Origin: Lingula anatina
Lineage: Eukaryota; Animalia; Brachiopoda
Assembly: GCA_051362555.1 (NCBI GenBank)
Contig: CM120640.1
Location: 47,098,788 to 47,162,787 of the forward strand
Length of the DNA stretch: 64,000 bases
Direction: 5' to 3'
Both the position numbers and the translations under genes were made by a program. The notes below the pieces were generated by a model. It did not search any database. It had not been told where the DNA came from and was given only the letters and a program-made list of their open reading frames with translations. Each line of letters starts with the position of its first letter. Within the stretch, counting starts at the first letter, position 1. This document shows, one piece after another, positions 50,385 through 63,199 of the stretch.

Positions 50385-51750
50385 ATGTATTGTATAATGA
50401 AAATGAATGCGACTTGTGTGGACAGTATGAGGTTGATAATGGACTTTTTAATTGCTTTATCAGTTAAATTCTTTTTCCTTTTCTTGTTAGTGCACGTATG
50501 GTGCTAGATAAGATTGTTATCAAATATTCCTTTTACAAAAGGAACTTATATGAGATTATTTAACAGTGAAGGACATAGAGAGATGGATGGAGAGGGGGGA
50601 GGGGCACATTTTCCACGACCCTAAATCATGGAAATAATTGACCATAATATTTGGCCGAATTAGATCCACTCTTTGAGCCCTGTAGTAAACTTAGTATAAC
50701 GAAAGGTGTACCATTATCATACATCAGATTACATTCATCAGATTACAGACAGTATTTAGTGAATGTTAAAAATATATCGCATTCAAAATACGGTTCCGGG
50801 TACATGTACCAGCAAGTTAATGACTTTCTTTGTGCCATATTTCAATACCAATGACGTAATTGTGACCGCCCACCTGGACTTTTTACCTAAGTGTATTTAA
50901 TATTTGTAGCGCCCCCTTGCTTTGTATAAAATAAATAGTATTATAGTACAAATAGAACAACATATACATACAGCTGCAATATCCAGTGCATTTTACAAAA
51001 TAAATCCATTATAAGAAATAAAATAAGTTTGAAAAGCATCTTACATATCGTCATTCAGTGCCTATCCATATTTCAGCCACAACAAGGCGTTTAGGCCTTG
51101 CGGGTTTGGGTACAGGTCTTTTCTATAGGGCCATTGATTCGAGACTCACCGACACAAAAGCTAAGAGAACATAATTGCTTATCCTCTCTTTTGTCAACCG
51201 GTTTACATATACCGACGGGATAGAATAGTACGTTTCATATTTCAGCACATTCCTTTTACTGCAATACAGCGACCTCGTCTAAATATATAAATATGGGTGA
51301 TGGGAATTTGAGGGTCAGGTGCAAGTAGAATGGGAGTGGAGTTCCCTTTAGTTATTCAAATGAGCACCGAGCTATAGTGTATTGACTAACTATCGAGTCT
51401 GCGCGTTGAAAACTGTTCCTCCATTACTAGGGTGTGTTCATTTACCTGAGTTGACGCCTGGCGCGGTGTGTGGGGACTAGATATATGAAAACGGATTAAT
51501 AATTTATGAGATTCCAGACTCAGTCGCCTTCAGGGACAAGAGTGAAATATTCTTCAGATGCTGTGCTAGCCATTTAGGCATGAGATTCGAAGTTTTGACC
51601 CAACACCCTATTCCATGGTGAAAACAATCGAGTAAGTTATCGAGTCGGTGCGCGGGAGCCATTTTGTCTCCTAGGACTTGTTGATAGCATACGAACAAGG
51701 AAGATATAAAGTACGTTTTTAACGTCAGTGGCGGCTGCAAGCCCGTGAAA

Positions 51751-53646
51751 ATGGTGATCGGGCCGAAAGTTGAACATAAACCCCTTGCTCGGTGTCGGGT
51801 GTTGTACCTTGGCAGTGCAGTGCCCATTGAAACAGCACGTGGATTAGATGCCATACAGAAACCACTCCAGGAAAGGTACCCGGTGGATGTTAACTCGCCT
51901 GTGCAGGGAATCGATGCCTGGGTGACAGTATTAAGTACCGGGGTCCACCTCCAGTATGTCGGGGACCCCAGTAACGTCTTCTGGTTTCCTGTGCAGAATC
52001 TGTATGTGTGTGCCGCGGTGAAGTGTGTGATGGTGACCAACACAGCAACAGGCGAGACGGTTCCGAAATTCGTGTCCTTAGATACTCCGGCAGCCAGCAC
52101 CAGCAATGGTCACCCGCCGTTGTTCTCTTTTGTTATGCGTCGATCTACGGGTGTGAAAGTACTGGAATGCCACGGATTTATCTGCAAGGGCACCCAAGCC
52201 GCATTGGCCTTGGTAAAATCGTGCACGTACGCCTACGAGCATAAAGAAGGGTGGTCTAACACCGAACCTCCTGCCTCTGTCCTGGGAGAGGAGATTCGTA
52301 ATGGGAGCTTACGTGGAATTCCAGGAGACAGCCCAGAGCAAAGAAATGGCCATGCTCCTCAAAATGGCCCCAATCCGTACGCCATGGGCGCAGCGCACGT
52401 CCGAGGCTTCCATATAAGTGAGCCAGGCGGCAGACCGATGATGAGACCCCCTATGCGGCCTCCAATGTACCGGGTCCCCTACCCACCCCCACCTGGTCAT
52501 CCCATGATGCGACCCCCACCCCCAATGATGCGACCTTTTATGGGCCCTCCCCGGATGCGCATGCCCCCTCCACCCCCAGGGGCCCACTTGATTCCCGTAT
52601 ATGCTATGCCCCCCAGATTACCTTTGAGACCTATCCCTGGCCCGGGTGGGGCGTACGCGGCAAGCGATATTCACGAACTATACTCCAGGCGCATTCCCAG
52701 TCGCTCCTCCTCGCAACGCCGCCGCAAATCGGGATCTTCATCCTCTGGTTCCAGAGAGAGGCGGGCGAAATCCCACTCCCCACGTCGCCGACCTCACAGT
52801 GATGGTGAGGCACATCGACACCAATCCCCCGAGCGTCGGCAACGGTCATCATCCAGCAGCCGAGGTGGTAGTCCCAGACGTTCACATCACCGTCGTCACC
52901 ATCGCCACTCGTCACGCTCTCCGTCTCCCCACAGGCGCAGTCACACTCCTCCAGCTGACTATGACTATGTGCAATTTAGGACCCCCAAGAGAATGAGCCG
53001 AAAAGACAAGCATGATCGCCATGGCCACGATGGTCCCATCTATATCATTTATCCAGACCGTGACGGACGGCTCCCAAGCCCCCCTCGTGAACGCCGATAT
53101 ATAAAGCAGTTAGAGCGAGGCGGGTTGTACAGATCGTCAATACCCCCAAATCAGAGATCGCGCTCACTCCCCCCACCCATGCACCGGAGCGAATCGCAGA
53201 CTAGATACAAAAAGAAAGGTAAAAGCAGAAAAGGCAAACGCAGCAAGTCGAAACAGAGCCGTAGCAAGCACCGCGCAAGTTCTTCCAGCGACCAGGACCC
53301 CCTAAGTAACGGGGTGCATTCCGAAATGTTCATGAGGGAACCTGAGGAGTTGCGATCCTTCCCCCGGGACTGGAGGAAGCCAGAGAGACAGTTTCAGAAC
53401 GAGCGTGCCTTTGGTGGGTCTATCAGCAAAATGGCGCTTGGGGAACTCGGCCGCGACCATCCCTCGGCGTACCAAATGAATCAGGGATTCGAGAACCGCA
53501 ATGAGTTAGATCACCACCCCGGGGAAATAACGACCAACCCCCTATATGGGGAAGCAGGCCCGGACTTTAGTGCAGGGTATGGTTCTGACGGTGAAAACAG
53601 ACCCCCATTCGACGATTTTGAACGGACTCTGGGATATTTCCCATGA
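51751..53646 (+). CDS. PTB-domain protein of the Drosophila CG12581-like subfamily with Pro/Met/Arg-rich, RS-rich and His-rich tail (uninterrupted ORF, ~631 aa)
   Basis: AAAATGG start at 51751 (the track's GTG is 2 codons upstream). CRVLYLGSAVP..GLDAIQKPLQERYP..GIDAW..FPVQNLYVCAAV..PKFVSLDTP..HPPLF..RRSTGVKVLECHGFICK..ALVKSCTYAY matches my recollection of the PTB_CG12581 consensus. Confidence 0.88.
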   Translation: MVIGPKVEHKPLARCRVLYLGSAVPIETARGLDAIQKPLQERYPVDVNSPVQGIDAWVTVLSTGVHLQYVGDPSNVFWFPVQNLYVCAAVKCVMVTNTATGETVPKFVSLDTPAASTSNGHPPLFSFVMRRSTGVKVLECHGFICKGTQAALALVKSCTYAYEHKEGWSNTEPPASVLGEEIRNGSLRGIPGDSPEQRNGHAPQNGPNPYAMGAAHVRGFHISEPGGRPMMRPPMRPPMYRVPYPPPPGHPMMRPPPPMMRPFMGPPRMRMPPPPPGAHLIPVYAMPPRLPLRPIPGPGGAYAASDIHELYSRRIPSRSSSQRRRKSGSSSSGSRERRAKSHSPRRRPHSDGEAHRHQSPERRQRSSSSSRGGSPRRSHHRRHHRHSSRSPSPHRRSHTPPADYDYVQFRTPKRMSRKDKHDRHGHDGPIYIIYPDRDGRLPSPPRERRYIKQLERGGLYRSSIPPNQRSRSLPPPMHRSESQTRYKKKGKSRKGKRSKSKQSRSKHRASSSSDQDPLSNGVHSEMFMREPEELRSFPRDWRKPERQFQNERAFGGSISKMALGELGRDHPSAYQMNQGFENRNELDHHPGEITTNPLYGEAGPDFSAGYGSDGENRPPFDDFERTLGYFP

Positions 53647-56600
53647 AAATACTGCTGATAACTATAAGGAAGTTCTGATCAGTGCTGGTAACTATATCTC
53701 TGCTGCATATTGTTGTAAATACAGTATAAACTAAATCGCTATATGAACACTAACGGAAATTTATAAAAAACCGTGACAATTTTACTGAAATAAGCATTAG
53801 AACATGAATGTTACAAAGCTCAGCAGACATGCATAATTGGAAACTTATAATTCACATTGTAAAGGTAATATTTTTTAATTTAAAGGGCCTTGGTTGTGCA
53901 GATATATATTATAAATCTAATCTGAGCATGTACATATATTCGCTTATTTGCCTCTCATTTTCTTTTATTGAAATTGGCACAAATTTTTGTTTGTGTACCA
54001 AGTGACATGCACTCTTTACTAAAAGAGTACATATATTTGATTAACGCAATAAGATTTTACAGTATTGGAGCATGTGAAGAATCGATAAGAGGCCTTTCAT
54101 ATGGGTAAAAGATCGTTGGGTAATTGATCTTATATGTACAAAGTCCGATCTTCTTCTCTTGTAAAATATTTTGCACTAGCATACATTTAAGTATTGTATA
54201 ATTTTAAACGCCTCACTAAAAACAATAACCGAATTCCAAACCTCAGACAACTTATCATTAGTCATTTAGATGTGACACGCCTTGCATTGAGATATTCTCC
54301 GATTTCATATCATCAAAAGACCGCAGTGTTCGTCATCAGGTATTGTTTACAGTGCAAAGAGGAGGGGTATTCTTAACATTGAAACTGTACAGTATCACTT
54401 GAGTTAATCCTTATTTCAGTTAGTTTGGTGACTGGTGGTTTTTTATATAACTCACAAAATATTATAGGCGGTAACCCTTCGTGTTCTGTAAGTATTTACG
54501 AAAGAGGAGAAAGTAAAAATGCTATGAATCATATTGTATAGACCGTGTTTGGAAGAACCTACTCCGCCCTTAGTGAAGGTTTGCCCTGTTAAGCGCACCG
54601 GCAACCACATCCTTTGTTCAATCGCTGAGATAACCCCTCTCTTGACCCCGCCTTAGTTCTGTTACATGTGCGATATAGATCAGCAAATATTATTATTACC
54701 AAACTCAATTTTTTTCATATATTTGACGAAATATTCTGTCTAGCAAAACACGGTTGAGAAATTTGCTGTTGTTTTTAAAATCGGGTCAATATCCTTTTTG
54801 TTGTAAATCGCTTACAGAGCACGATTTATATTGAATGTTACATCTAGTGCCTGGTCGGTTAATTAGCATCGGAGAAAGAATCCGATACTTGAGGAATGCG
54901 AGTCGACAGATTATTGCCTTACCTAAGCTGTATAGCTATGGTAACCAGTCTCACGTTAGACCGAAATTATGTAATGTTAAGAGTGAGTGCAACAGGCATA
55001 AATGATAGATTTCCTGATGGGAAGAGCGACTGACATATGACTCTGACCCTTATTGCCAATATGAATATCAGCTAGCCATATGTAAGATTATATCAGTGAT
55101 TTTATTTATATTGGTTAGGGTATTGTATTGTTATACTTGAGTATTTGCCAAACTTGGGGTGAAGTACTTTTTTTCCATATTTTTCTATATTTCTGTTATA
55201 TTGTTACTTTTAGCAGAAACAGCAAATGTGTTTAGTCGAAGGGGATAAACTCGATATTAAAAGCTCCACATATGCTGTTCGTATTTTTCATGCTTAAGTT
55301 TACATCTTGATGAATTATGGGCGTCTCCCCCGAATACAATGTCGTGGGTTAATTACAATTAAAGTGTTGGCTTTCCTAAAACTCTATGGGCAGTGAGACA
55401 CTAAAAAGATAACGTCACAAAAGTAGGTGTTTCTCAACTTGGTGACCATTAGTCACAAGCGTCTTATTCATATACAAAGGAGTTTCTGGCTTACTAATTT
55501 CGCAGTACTTTGAGGGGCGTTACTTGGTGATTTTTTTTTGGTCATATTTATAATTCATTAAATGCTCTTAGAATATCCATTATATTAATCTTATGAACAT
55601 CGTAATGTATTATTTTATTTTTAAGGGAAGCGTATCAGTGAGAGAATATATTTATGTTAGCCTTAAGACCATGGTGTATGGTCTGCCATACCATAGGTTT
55701 ATTTGTCCGTTATCATTTCTATTACAATGCCGCCACTTTGTCTATACTGAATATGTCACGTCGAGGAAACATTGTATCCTAATATATTAAACAAAGACGT
55801 ATGTTTTCCCCTTTCATGATGATATTACAACGTTTTTTATACGTACATTGTAAAACGAAAGATATACTCTTTTTCTTTGTCATTTGACAGTCTGTTTGTG
55901 CCTTTGTCACCATCATGACACCGCTAGTTCTATTCAAAGTTTCTTAAGGCAAAAATGAATCAAGTCAAGGTAGCCTGTGGTACGTGAGCTGAATACGACA
56001 GGTATGGAGATATAAAGGAAGGCTATGTATACTGTCGCACCTGCAGACTATAAACACCTTGTGTCACAAAAGCCGGCATCCGTGTCCAACTCACTTGTAA
56101 GGTTAGGCAGATACCCTTAGAACATTTGTCATGTCGTAAGGGGTTTATTTTAAGACTCAGTGGTAACTAACAAATGCTGTTGCTACACATAACATGCTAT
56201 TTTTTTTACTTTTAAACTACCATTGCAATTTGTTAACTTGATAACTAGCAGTTGACGTGTTTTATAAACATGCTGAAACATAATCATTACTTTTATTCTT
56301 TTTAAAAGATTATCAATAACATCAACGGTTACTATAACAACAAGGGGGAATACAGTTTTGTTAATCGGTGTTAAGTTTGTTGAAAGAGTTTGACATAATG
56401 GCTATTAATAATGATATTTAATAAATGATATTTAACATCCCACGTCTTTCTTTTTTATCAAACAGGATAATAATAGAGAAATAATAGTTTGGGAATAATT
56501 CAAATCTCAACTGAGCATGTTCTCGTAACACTACTTAAAAGATTTGAAAATCCCCAGGTATACCTCTTTATTTGACGAAACTTGCATAAATGTATCTTGG

Positions 56601-59600
56601 ATTTAAAAGAAAGAGAATCAATGGTCGTAAGTAAACAGTGAGGGTAAATACGTGTAGGATTATAACCTATGTTCGTGACTCTGCAATACTGTCAGCATGG
56701 ATATGAGCCAAGGTGTACTGAACATGATCTTTGGAGAGTACTCGAAAACGATTTCTCGAATGTGACTTGATTTAAACTTAATTCTCAAACTTAAGTCGTC
56801 CGGCGGCTGGTAGAGTGGGGTTAACTTATCACTCGGAGAAAAATAAGTTGCGGCGAAGAAGAATGTTTAGTCACCAACTGCATAAAAATATTTTCATTTT
56901 TTAAATTTTTTAATGGGTCCGCAATTGCACGTTAGGCCCTTTTGGTAGTAAAACTATAGATATGGCGCTGTCAGACGTTCTCTCACTTCCCACGCATCTT
57001 CCACAAAGGCTACATGTAACACAAAATATGAAAATTGTAGATGGCGCGTTGATCGCACTGTACTCACTATTGACTCCATGAAAGGATGGTGGTCTATGCA
57101 AAATAACGTCACATTTTTTTCTGCCTCGTTTTTATTATTTATTTTGTCTTTCGAATGTGTGTGAATATGAAAAGACCAGTCGGCTTTGATCGACAGATAT
57201 ACTGCAAAGTCAAATATAGTGAGATTGAGGAGTAATACAACACTAGATCATGAATCCAGTAATGAAAGTGAAATTCCAACATACCAGTAACATAAATCAT
57301 GCATTCGAGCAACCTCTTTATGAAGTATAAAGATATTACTGGACTGGAAATCGACTTAACCGTGCAATAAAACGTCTTTTTATTTATTTTCCTGAGGAAA
57401 ACATACATGTTTCAACAAAAGCAAAAATGTACACGATAAAAACACAGTATAACAAAGCGACATTCCTTCAGAGCAATACCGAAAACACACAATGATTGTA
57501 AACTGAATGTAAATGTTTACTTACCCTTATTGATGAATTGTGGTTATTCGGGATGGCATATAAACATGCATGCACATTGCGCATATAAAACATAACTTCT
57601 AATTAGTAATCACTTTTCTGATTATACATGTAGCCTACATGTAGAGTGCTTCGATGCCGCGGTTTACACTTTCTTCTTCTCTAAGTTGACATGTCCATAA
57701 ACGAATATCTGAGTGATAAAGTTACTAAAATTTGTTTAAAAACATCAGCATTGATTTTTATGCCGACTGAGAGTGGATAAGGTATTGTAAAACAATAGAA
57801 ATGGAACCGTGTTATATGTTTGCATGCTAATAAGTACTTTTAAGCTTTTAAAAGTCTTGAACACATATGATGGTGTCCCAACTTTGACATATCTGTCGCT
57901 TTCCATGTAGTTGCATTTCGTTATGTATTTTCGACAATACCTAGTTTTTCAGGACAGGCTTTGTCTAAATGTCTTTAAAACCTGGTAAGGTCAAAGGAAA
58001 CCGAGAGACCCGGCATCATTTTACATAGTAGAAGACGTGGAGTAAAAAAGCTCCCGGCCAAATGAATCTTTTAGTTCAGTGGAGCGAAGAGGCCCGAAGA
58101 GCTTTCTTTCATTTTGGAAAAAAGGAACACAAAAACACACACAGACAAAAACTCAAGAATTTTTGCATAAAACACTTGAGGAGGTTCACAGACCAATAAC
58201 TTAAAGCCTGTAGACGAATGAAGGCGGTTAGTTTTGACGTATTGGGGCTAACCTGCTTGGTATATCTGACAAAGTGTTCATAGGGACAGTAAGATACTAG
58301 CTTCAACTTGAGACATTTATAAATCACCTTGAACTCAAAAATATACAGCAAGTTGCTTTAAATGCAATATTTAGGTAATTCTGTTTGTCTAATCACACTA
58401 AAAATTACCATGCAAAATTAATCCTTACAAGAAATGACCAATTATTGTCAGTTTGTTCTTCAAAAGAACTACCAAATATTTTACTCATCTTTGCTGTCGC
58501 TGGAAACTTTTTCCCTTTAAAATCACTTGAAAAAGAATTTCACAGCATGCATATTATGAAATGATGTCACGCTAATTAACCATCTTTTAAACAGCGTGCT
58601 TAACTAAATACCATTTCACAGTCATTCTCCGCCTCTCTACCGCACACACAGTCAGCCACAGTCAAGCAAGCATGCAAACATTAGAATATATTAGAAAAGA
58701 CAAACCTGAACTTGCACAGGCATCGGCAGACACAAAGTGCAGCTGCGAAGCGCACGTTTTCATACAAATGACATGCACACAGACACACACCCTTACGCAT
58801 AAACATGCTGGCACAGGCTCAGAGAGAGAGTGAGAGAGAGAGAGATCAACTACAGTTTCGTTAGTTTTTCTTCCTTTTCTTTTCTTCTTTCTTTCTTTTC
58901 TTTCTTTTTCTTTTCTCTTTCTTTTTTGTGGAATTAGAATCAGACAGTGTTTTCTTTCTCCTGCCGTCTTCCCAGCCTGGCATGTACCACAGGTGTTACT
59001 GTAGACAGGTAGACAAGGTACGAGTTGTATTTCAGCCTCACCTGTAAGCTTCAAGGTGATTGTGGCGTGACCAACATAATCCACGACATCGTCTTAAGCC
59101 TAGGGAACTGCAATAAAAAGTTAAATGTGCATAATATTGCTTCACGGTACATAATCAGATAGCATTTTTGTACGCGTAAAAGCTTTTGAAAATAAAATAA
59201 ATCAAGAAATGAGATGCTTTTGCATAAATCACACGGTCGTGATCCGCCACGCTTGCTATATCATCCGTGCCGCGGAAAAAATCTCGTAGAAAACTTCCTG
59301 CCTCTTGTGCTTGTCAGCCTCCCGGAGGTCCCCTCATAAAGGATGATATCGTAAGTCTAGTTTTTAAAAAGATGCATTATATTGCATAATTTAGTTTGTC
59401 GATAGTTTCATGACAATATTATGTGAGCGGCTGATTATCTGTGTCTTTTGGAATTGACCATGAGATTCCGTGATCTAGTACGCTTAATTGGTTCGTGCGT
59501 TTAATTATCTCAGACACTTCTTTCTGCAGTTGATAATTACCTGTTATACTAATTAATCTGTGTGAAGAACAAGGCGTGAGTTTTTTCTTTTCTTTTCTTT

Positions 59601-62600
59601 TATTTGACGCATGTTGAATGAAAATCCTTATAAATGTGCACACGCATCAACTTTTCATCTTTATTGAACTGTATTGTAAAATAGCCAAAAAATATCAATA
59701 ACATTTTAGAAACTCCAAGGACTAGGTTACTGTCACCTCAATAAATAGATCTTTTGATTTTTTTCTTTGTTTATTTATTTATTATTTTTTCTGTTGTTGT
59801 TGTCAAAAAACACACCAGTCTCAGAATTTTAAATACTCCCCCTTTGGGCCTCTTTGCTATCTTCCTCTTAGAGATAACAGTTGTGCGTGCATAATTCATA
59901 ACCTTCAGCGGCTTCCACCGTTGATAGATTGCCACTGCGCATCTCCAACACTTTGATTTCTGTCGTCTGAAATTGTGCTTGGTTTCTCATTGAACTGACA
60001 CAGTGCTGTCCGCCAACTGGAAGCAACGGTGCCGAGATGCACGAGAGGGACTCTAGACGCCGCTCCAGCAACGGGATGAAGCAGCTAGCCTTTTTGCCGC
60101 GTCTTTGGGGTAGGTGCATGTGCATTCCTTTCTGTTTAAATGATGCTTGCTCAGCTATCATCTGCTTGCTAGTAAAATAACCAGGGAGCCACATTTCTGC
60201 ATAGACTAGCTTGGATCAGGTGCAAAACTAGTAAAGCTAAAAAGAATTCGTTGCCCTTTTCATGATCTCTATAACTTTGTTATATTCTGATATACGTATC
60301 ATGTGCATTTGCCTCAAGTTAAATTAACTGATGCAATTTGAGATCACAACAAAGAAGAAAAGAGAGGATGCGGGTTGAAAAGTAGCGTGACATATATTCT
60401 GTATCAATATGATATCAAATTTTAATATTGCGTTTAGCAGCACAGCACAGACAAAGAGGAAAAAATATCACAATGATTGAGTTGTACTGTGACTCATACA
60501 GACAGGATAATTCCCTATTGACCGTCTCTTGGAAAGCATTTTTTCTGATTTTCGATCCACAAGTATTTCATTGTGTTGAAGGCTTGTAGCCTATACAAGC
60601 GTCATAAAGATTATAAGTCGTTTTTCATGTGCATTTTTTGCATATCTCATTTCACAAGAGAACGTCGTATTTTTTACATAGGCTCGAGGCAATGCTCGTT
60701 AAAAGTAAAGTCTCCGCCTTTGTAGAGCGTTTTTGCCTTCTTCTTAATTGTTTCACACTAACAAGATGGAAACACTTCCATATATTCCATACATCAGATA
60801 CATCTACAATGGGGAATAACTATAATACCATAGCAAGATAAGATCGGACCTTATTATTACTAATAGTTTGAAGTAAACCCCGTTTTTAAGTATAAATATC
60901 ATCGTACATTTATCTCACTAATTAGGGATAATTTCTGACAGTCACGGAGTCGATTACAATGTCGAAGACTAGTTGTCATAAGTTACATATTACATACATC
61001 ATATGATGATAGCATTAAAAAATCAGAATAATAATGATATAAGTATATAGGCGCTTTGTGATTCAATATTTCAGACTGCATGGATCTGTTACATGTATCA
61101 TAATTATTATCATTTTGTAAAATTACGCTCAAAACTTTCCATGGTGGATGTGATGATCATTTTGGTCTAACAGCTGTCACAACCAAATTCAGTTGATGAC
61201 TTCTGAAAAAAAAAGATGCTGGTATCAGGCTGTGAAGGCAAACTAATTCAGGCTCTCCGTGCTTTCCATTAGTTGATTGTGCCGTTTCCGCAGAAAATTA
61301 CTTTCACCTTTCCACTGAACCTTTATCAATCATTGATGGCTAATATACCATTTACGAATTAACGACACATTAATGCAGTTTGCAATTACTTGGAGGTTCA
61401 TGGGGTGTCGTGTTTTCGCTTATTTCGACGTTTTTTAAGGGTGCCAAGATATGAGTGCGAGAAGACAACTTTCAAATATGGTAGGTAGTTCTCGCCATTA
61501 AAAGCGACATTAGCAGTAAACGGAAACGGATGCGCCACGAAAGTCGTGAAAAGAAAAGAAAATTGTTTGGTTTCTATGTAGTCTACATGAATACAACAAA
61601 TAATTGCGGAAACGTAAACACCTCCAGACACCTCCCATAGACATATTAGCTATAAGACGACTAAAGACATAACGTCGGTCTCCCGAGTTACAGCACCATT
61701 CCGGGCAGATATAACGACATCTTAATGCATACCGCAAGCTACTGAAATTTAACAAATTACAATTTAATCGATTTTTTTGGGAAAAATAGGTAGCAGTCAA
61801 GGCCTGTGCAGGAATGGGTGCTTTTAATATTGCATGAGCTCCTTCCTCGCCAATAAACACTGAATTGATGCAAATATTTCCAATGTTTTTGTATTGTAAT
61901 TTCTGGCTCAATATGAAGAAATACTTTTGCCACGTAAATAATCTAATAATACCCATACCGAGCGCTTTAATGTATCTTATAAACACAGCCTTTCGCAGAC
62001 AATTAACTTATTAATGATATCAAAGCCCACAAGAAATTTGCATTCTGTCCTCCTAAGGGTTTCTAATTGAGCGTTTAGACTCGTTCCTCGTTCAATGGCA
62101 CAATCTTGCATATATGCAAACGAAAAACATGAAGATGTTATGTGTAATTGTCAATGTCACTAGCAACAAGAAATGGGTGTTTAATTGGATAAAAGGTACC
62201 ATTACACACCTCGATAGAATCTCACCAACCGCAATGTAGGCATTTATTACTGTTTAAGTAATACCATTAAGTTTCGAAGATACGCAGACAAGCAGAACTT
62301 CGGCGTCATTTTTCAAGTTATGTCAAGTGCTTTTTCAGAAATGTTTTCCCACAAATGCATTTAAAAGTACTTTACCTTTTGTTTATTCATGTAAAGCAAA
62401 TGAATATTTCTTTCCAGTGAAAGTAGAATATGTCATCCTTTTGATTTTTACCTTGAAACGTTTTTTCGTTATCGAAAGGATGCCGTTGTTAACACACAAC
62501 GCCGTACTCTTTTCCAGCAAACAAGTGAGTTTTTCTATTTTTTCTCTGATTTTAGATTACATTTACATAAGTATGTTTTTACATTCCATCTGAATCAAAG

Positions 62601-63199
62601 AAATGCAATTATTTTTAAGGAGTTAGGTTCTGTCATCAGTTTACATATTCTGATTTATACCATTGGTTTTACCTTTGACATGAAACAGATTTATTCTTTG
62701 ATTGGCCAAACATAACTCTATATGATGTGCCTCCTATTTTCTAACAATTCCACACTTTGCCGATGGATCATTAAGCTTGACCCGACCTACCTGCCATACC
62801 GTTCTTATTTACAAAACGCCATATTTCCAGAATTAAGCAAACAAACGCCAAACGTTGACTATTGTATTATGGAAAAAGCCGTATTGTCACCCCCGTTACC
62901 ATATTGTTACGGTTATTATGAATGTGTTTTTGTGTTGTCACAAAATTTGAATTTGATCCGAATTCAATGCCCTATACAAACATAAGATGATCTTTAAATC
63001 CAGCTATAGGTAGCTGTTCTGGAACTATAGTTATGAGTGTTTGGCTGAAGAGCGTCGGTGACGCGTGGGGGAAACGACGCAGAGAAAGGAAGAAAATAGA
63101 AATTTACACTTTAATTTCACGACTATATCTCCTGCTACCTGTGAACAGCCATATACCACGAGTTAATTCTGCCTTCTGATCGATCGGTTTTTCTTCATC

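Noticed and set aside
51504-52106. 200-aa minus-strand ORF, and other short ORFs overlapping 35436-37040, 47877-50384 and 63163-63558
   Set aside because: Antisense or alternate-frame shadows of GC-rich plus-strand coding sequence.
35436-53646. Horizontal transfer, viral or retrotransposon origin of the intronless GC-rich ORFs
   Set aside because: PTB domains are typical animal modules; no RT, integrase or transposase motifs, LTRs, poly(A) remnants or TSDs seen. Ancient retroposition cannot be excluded.
58662-59084. 140-aa minus-strand ORF
   Set aside because: Largely translated simple repeats (CTTTT, GA, CA); no recognisable domain.
61510-61986. 158-aa minus-strand ORF
   Set aside because: Non-ATG start, composition typical of AT-rich non-coding DNA, no recognisable motif; may overlap a decayed repeat.
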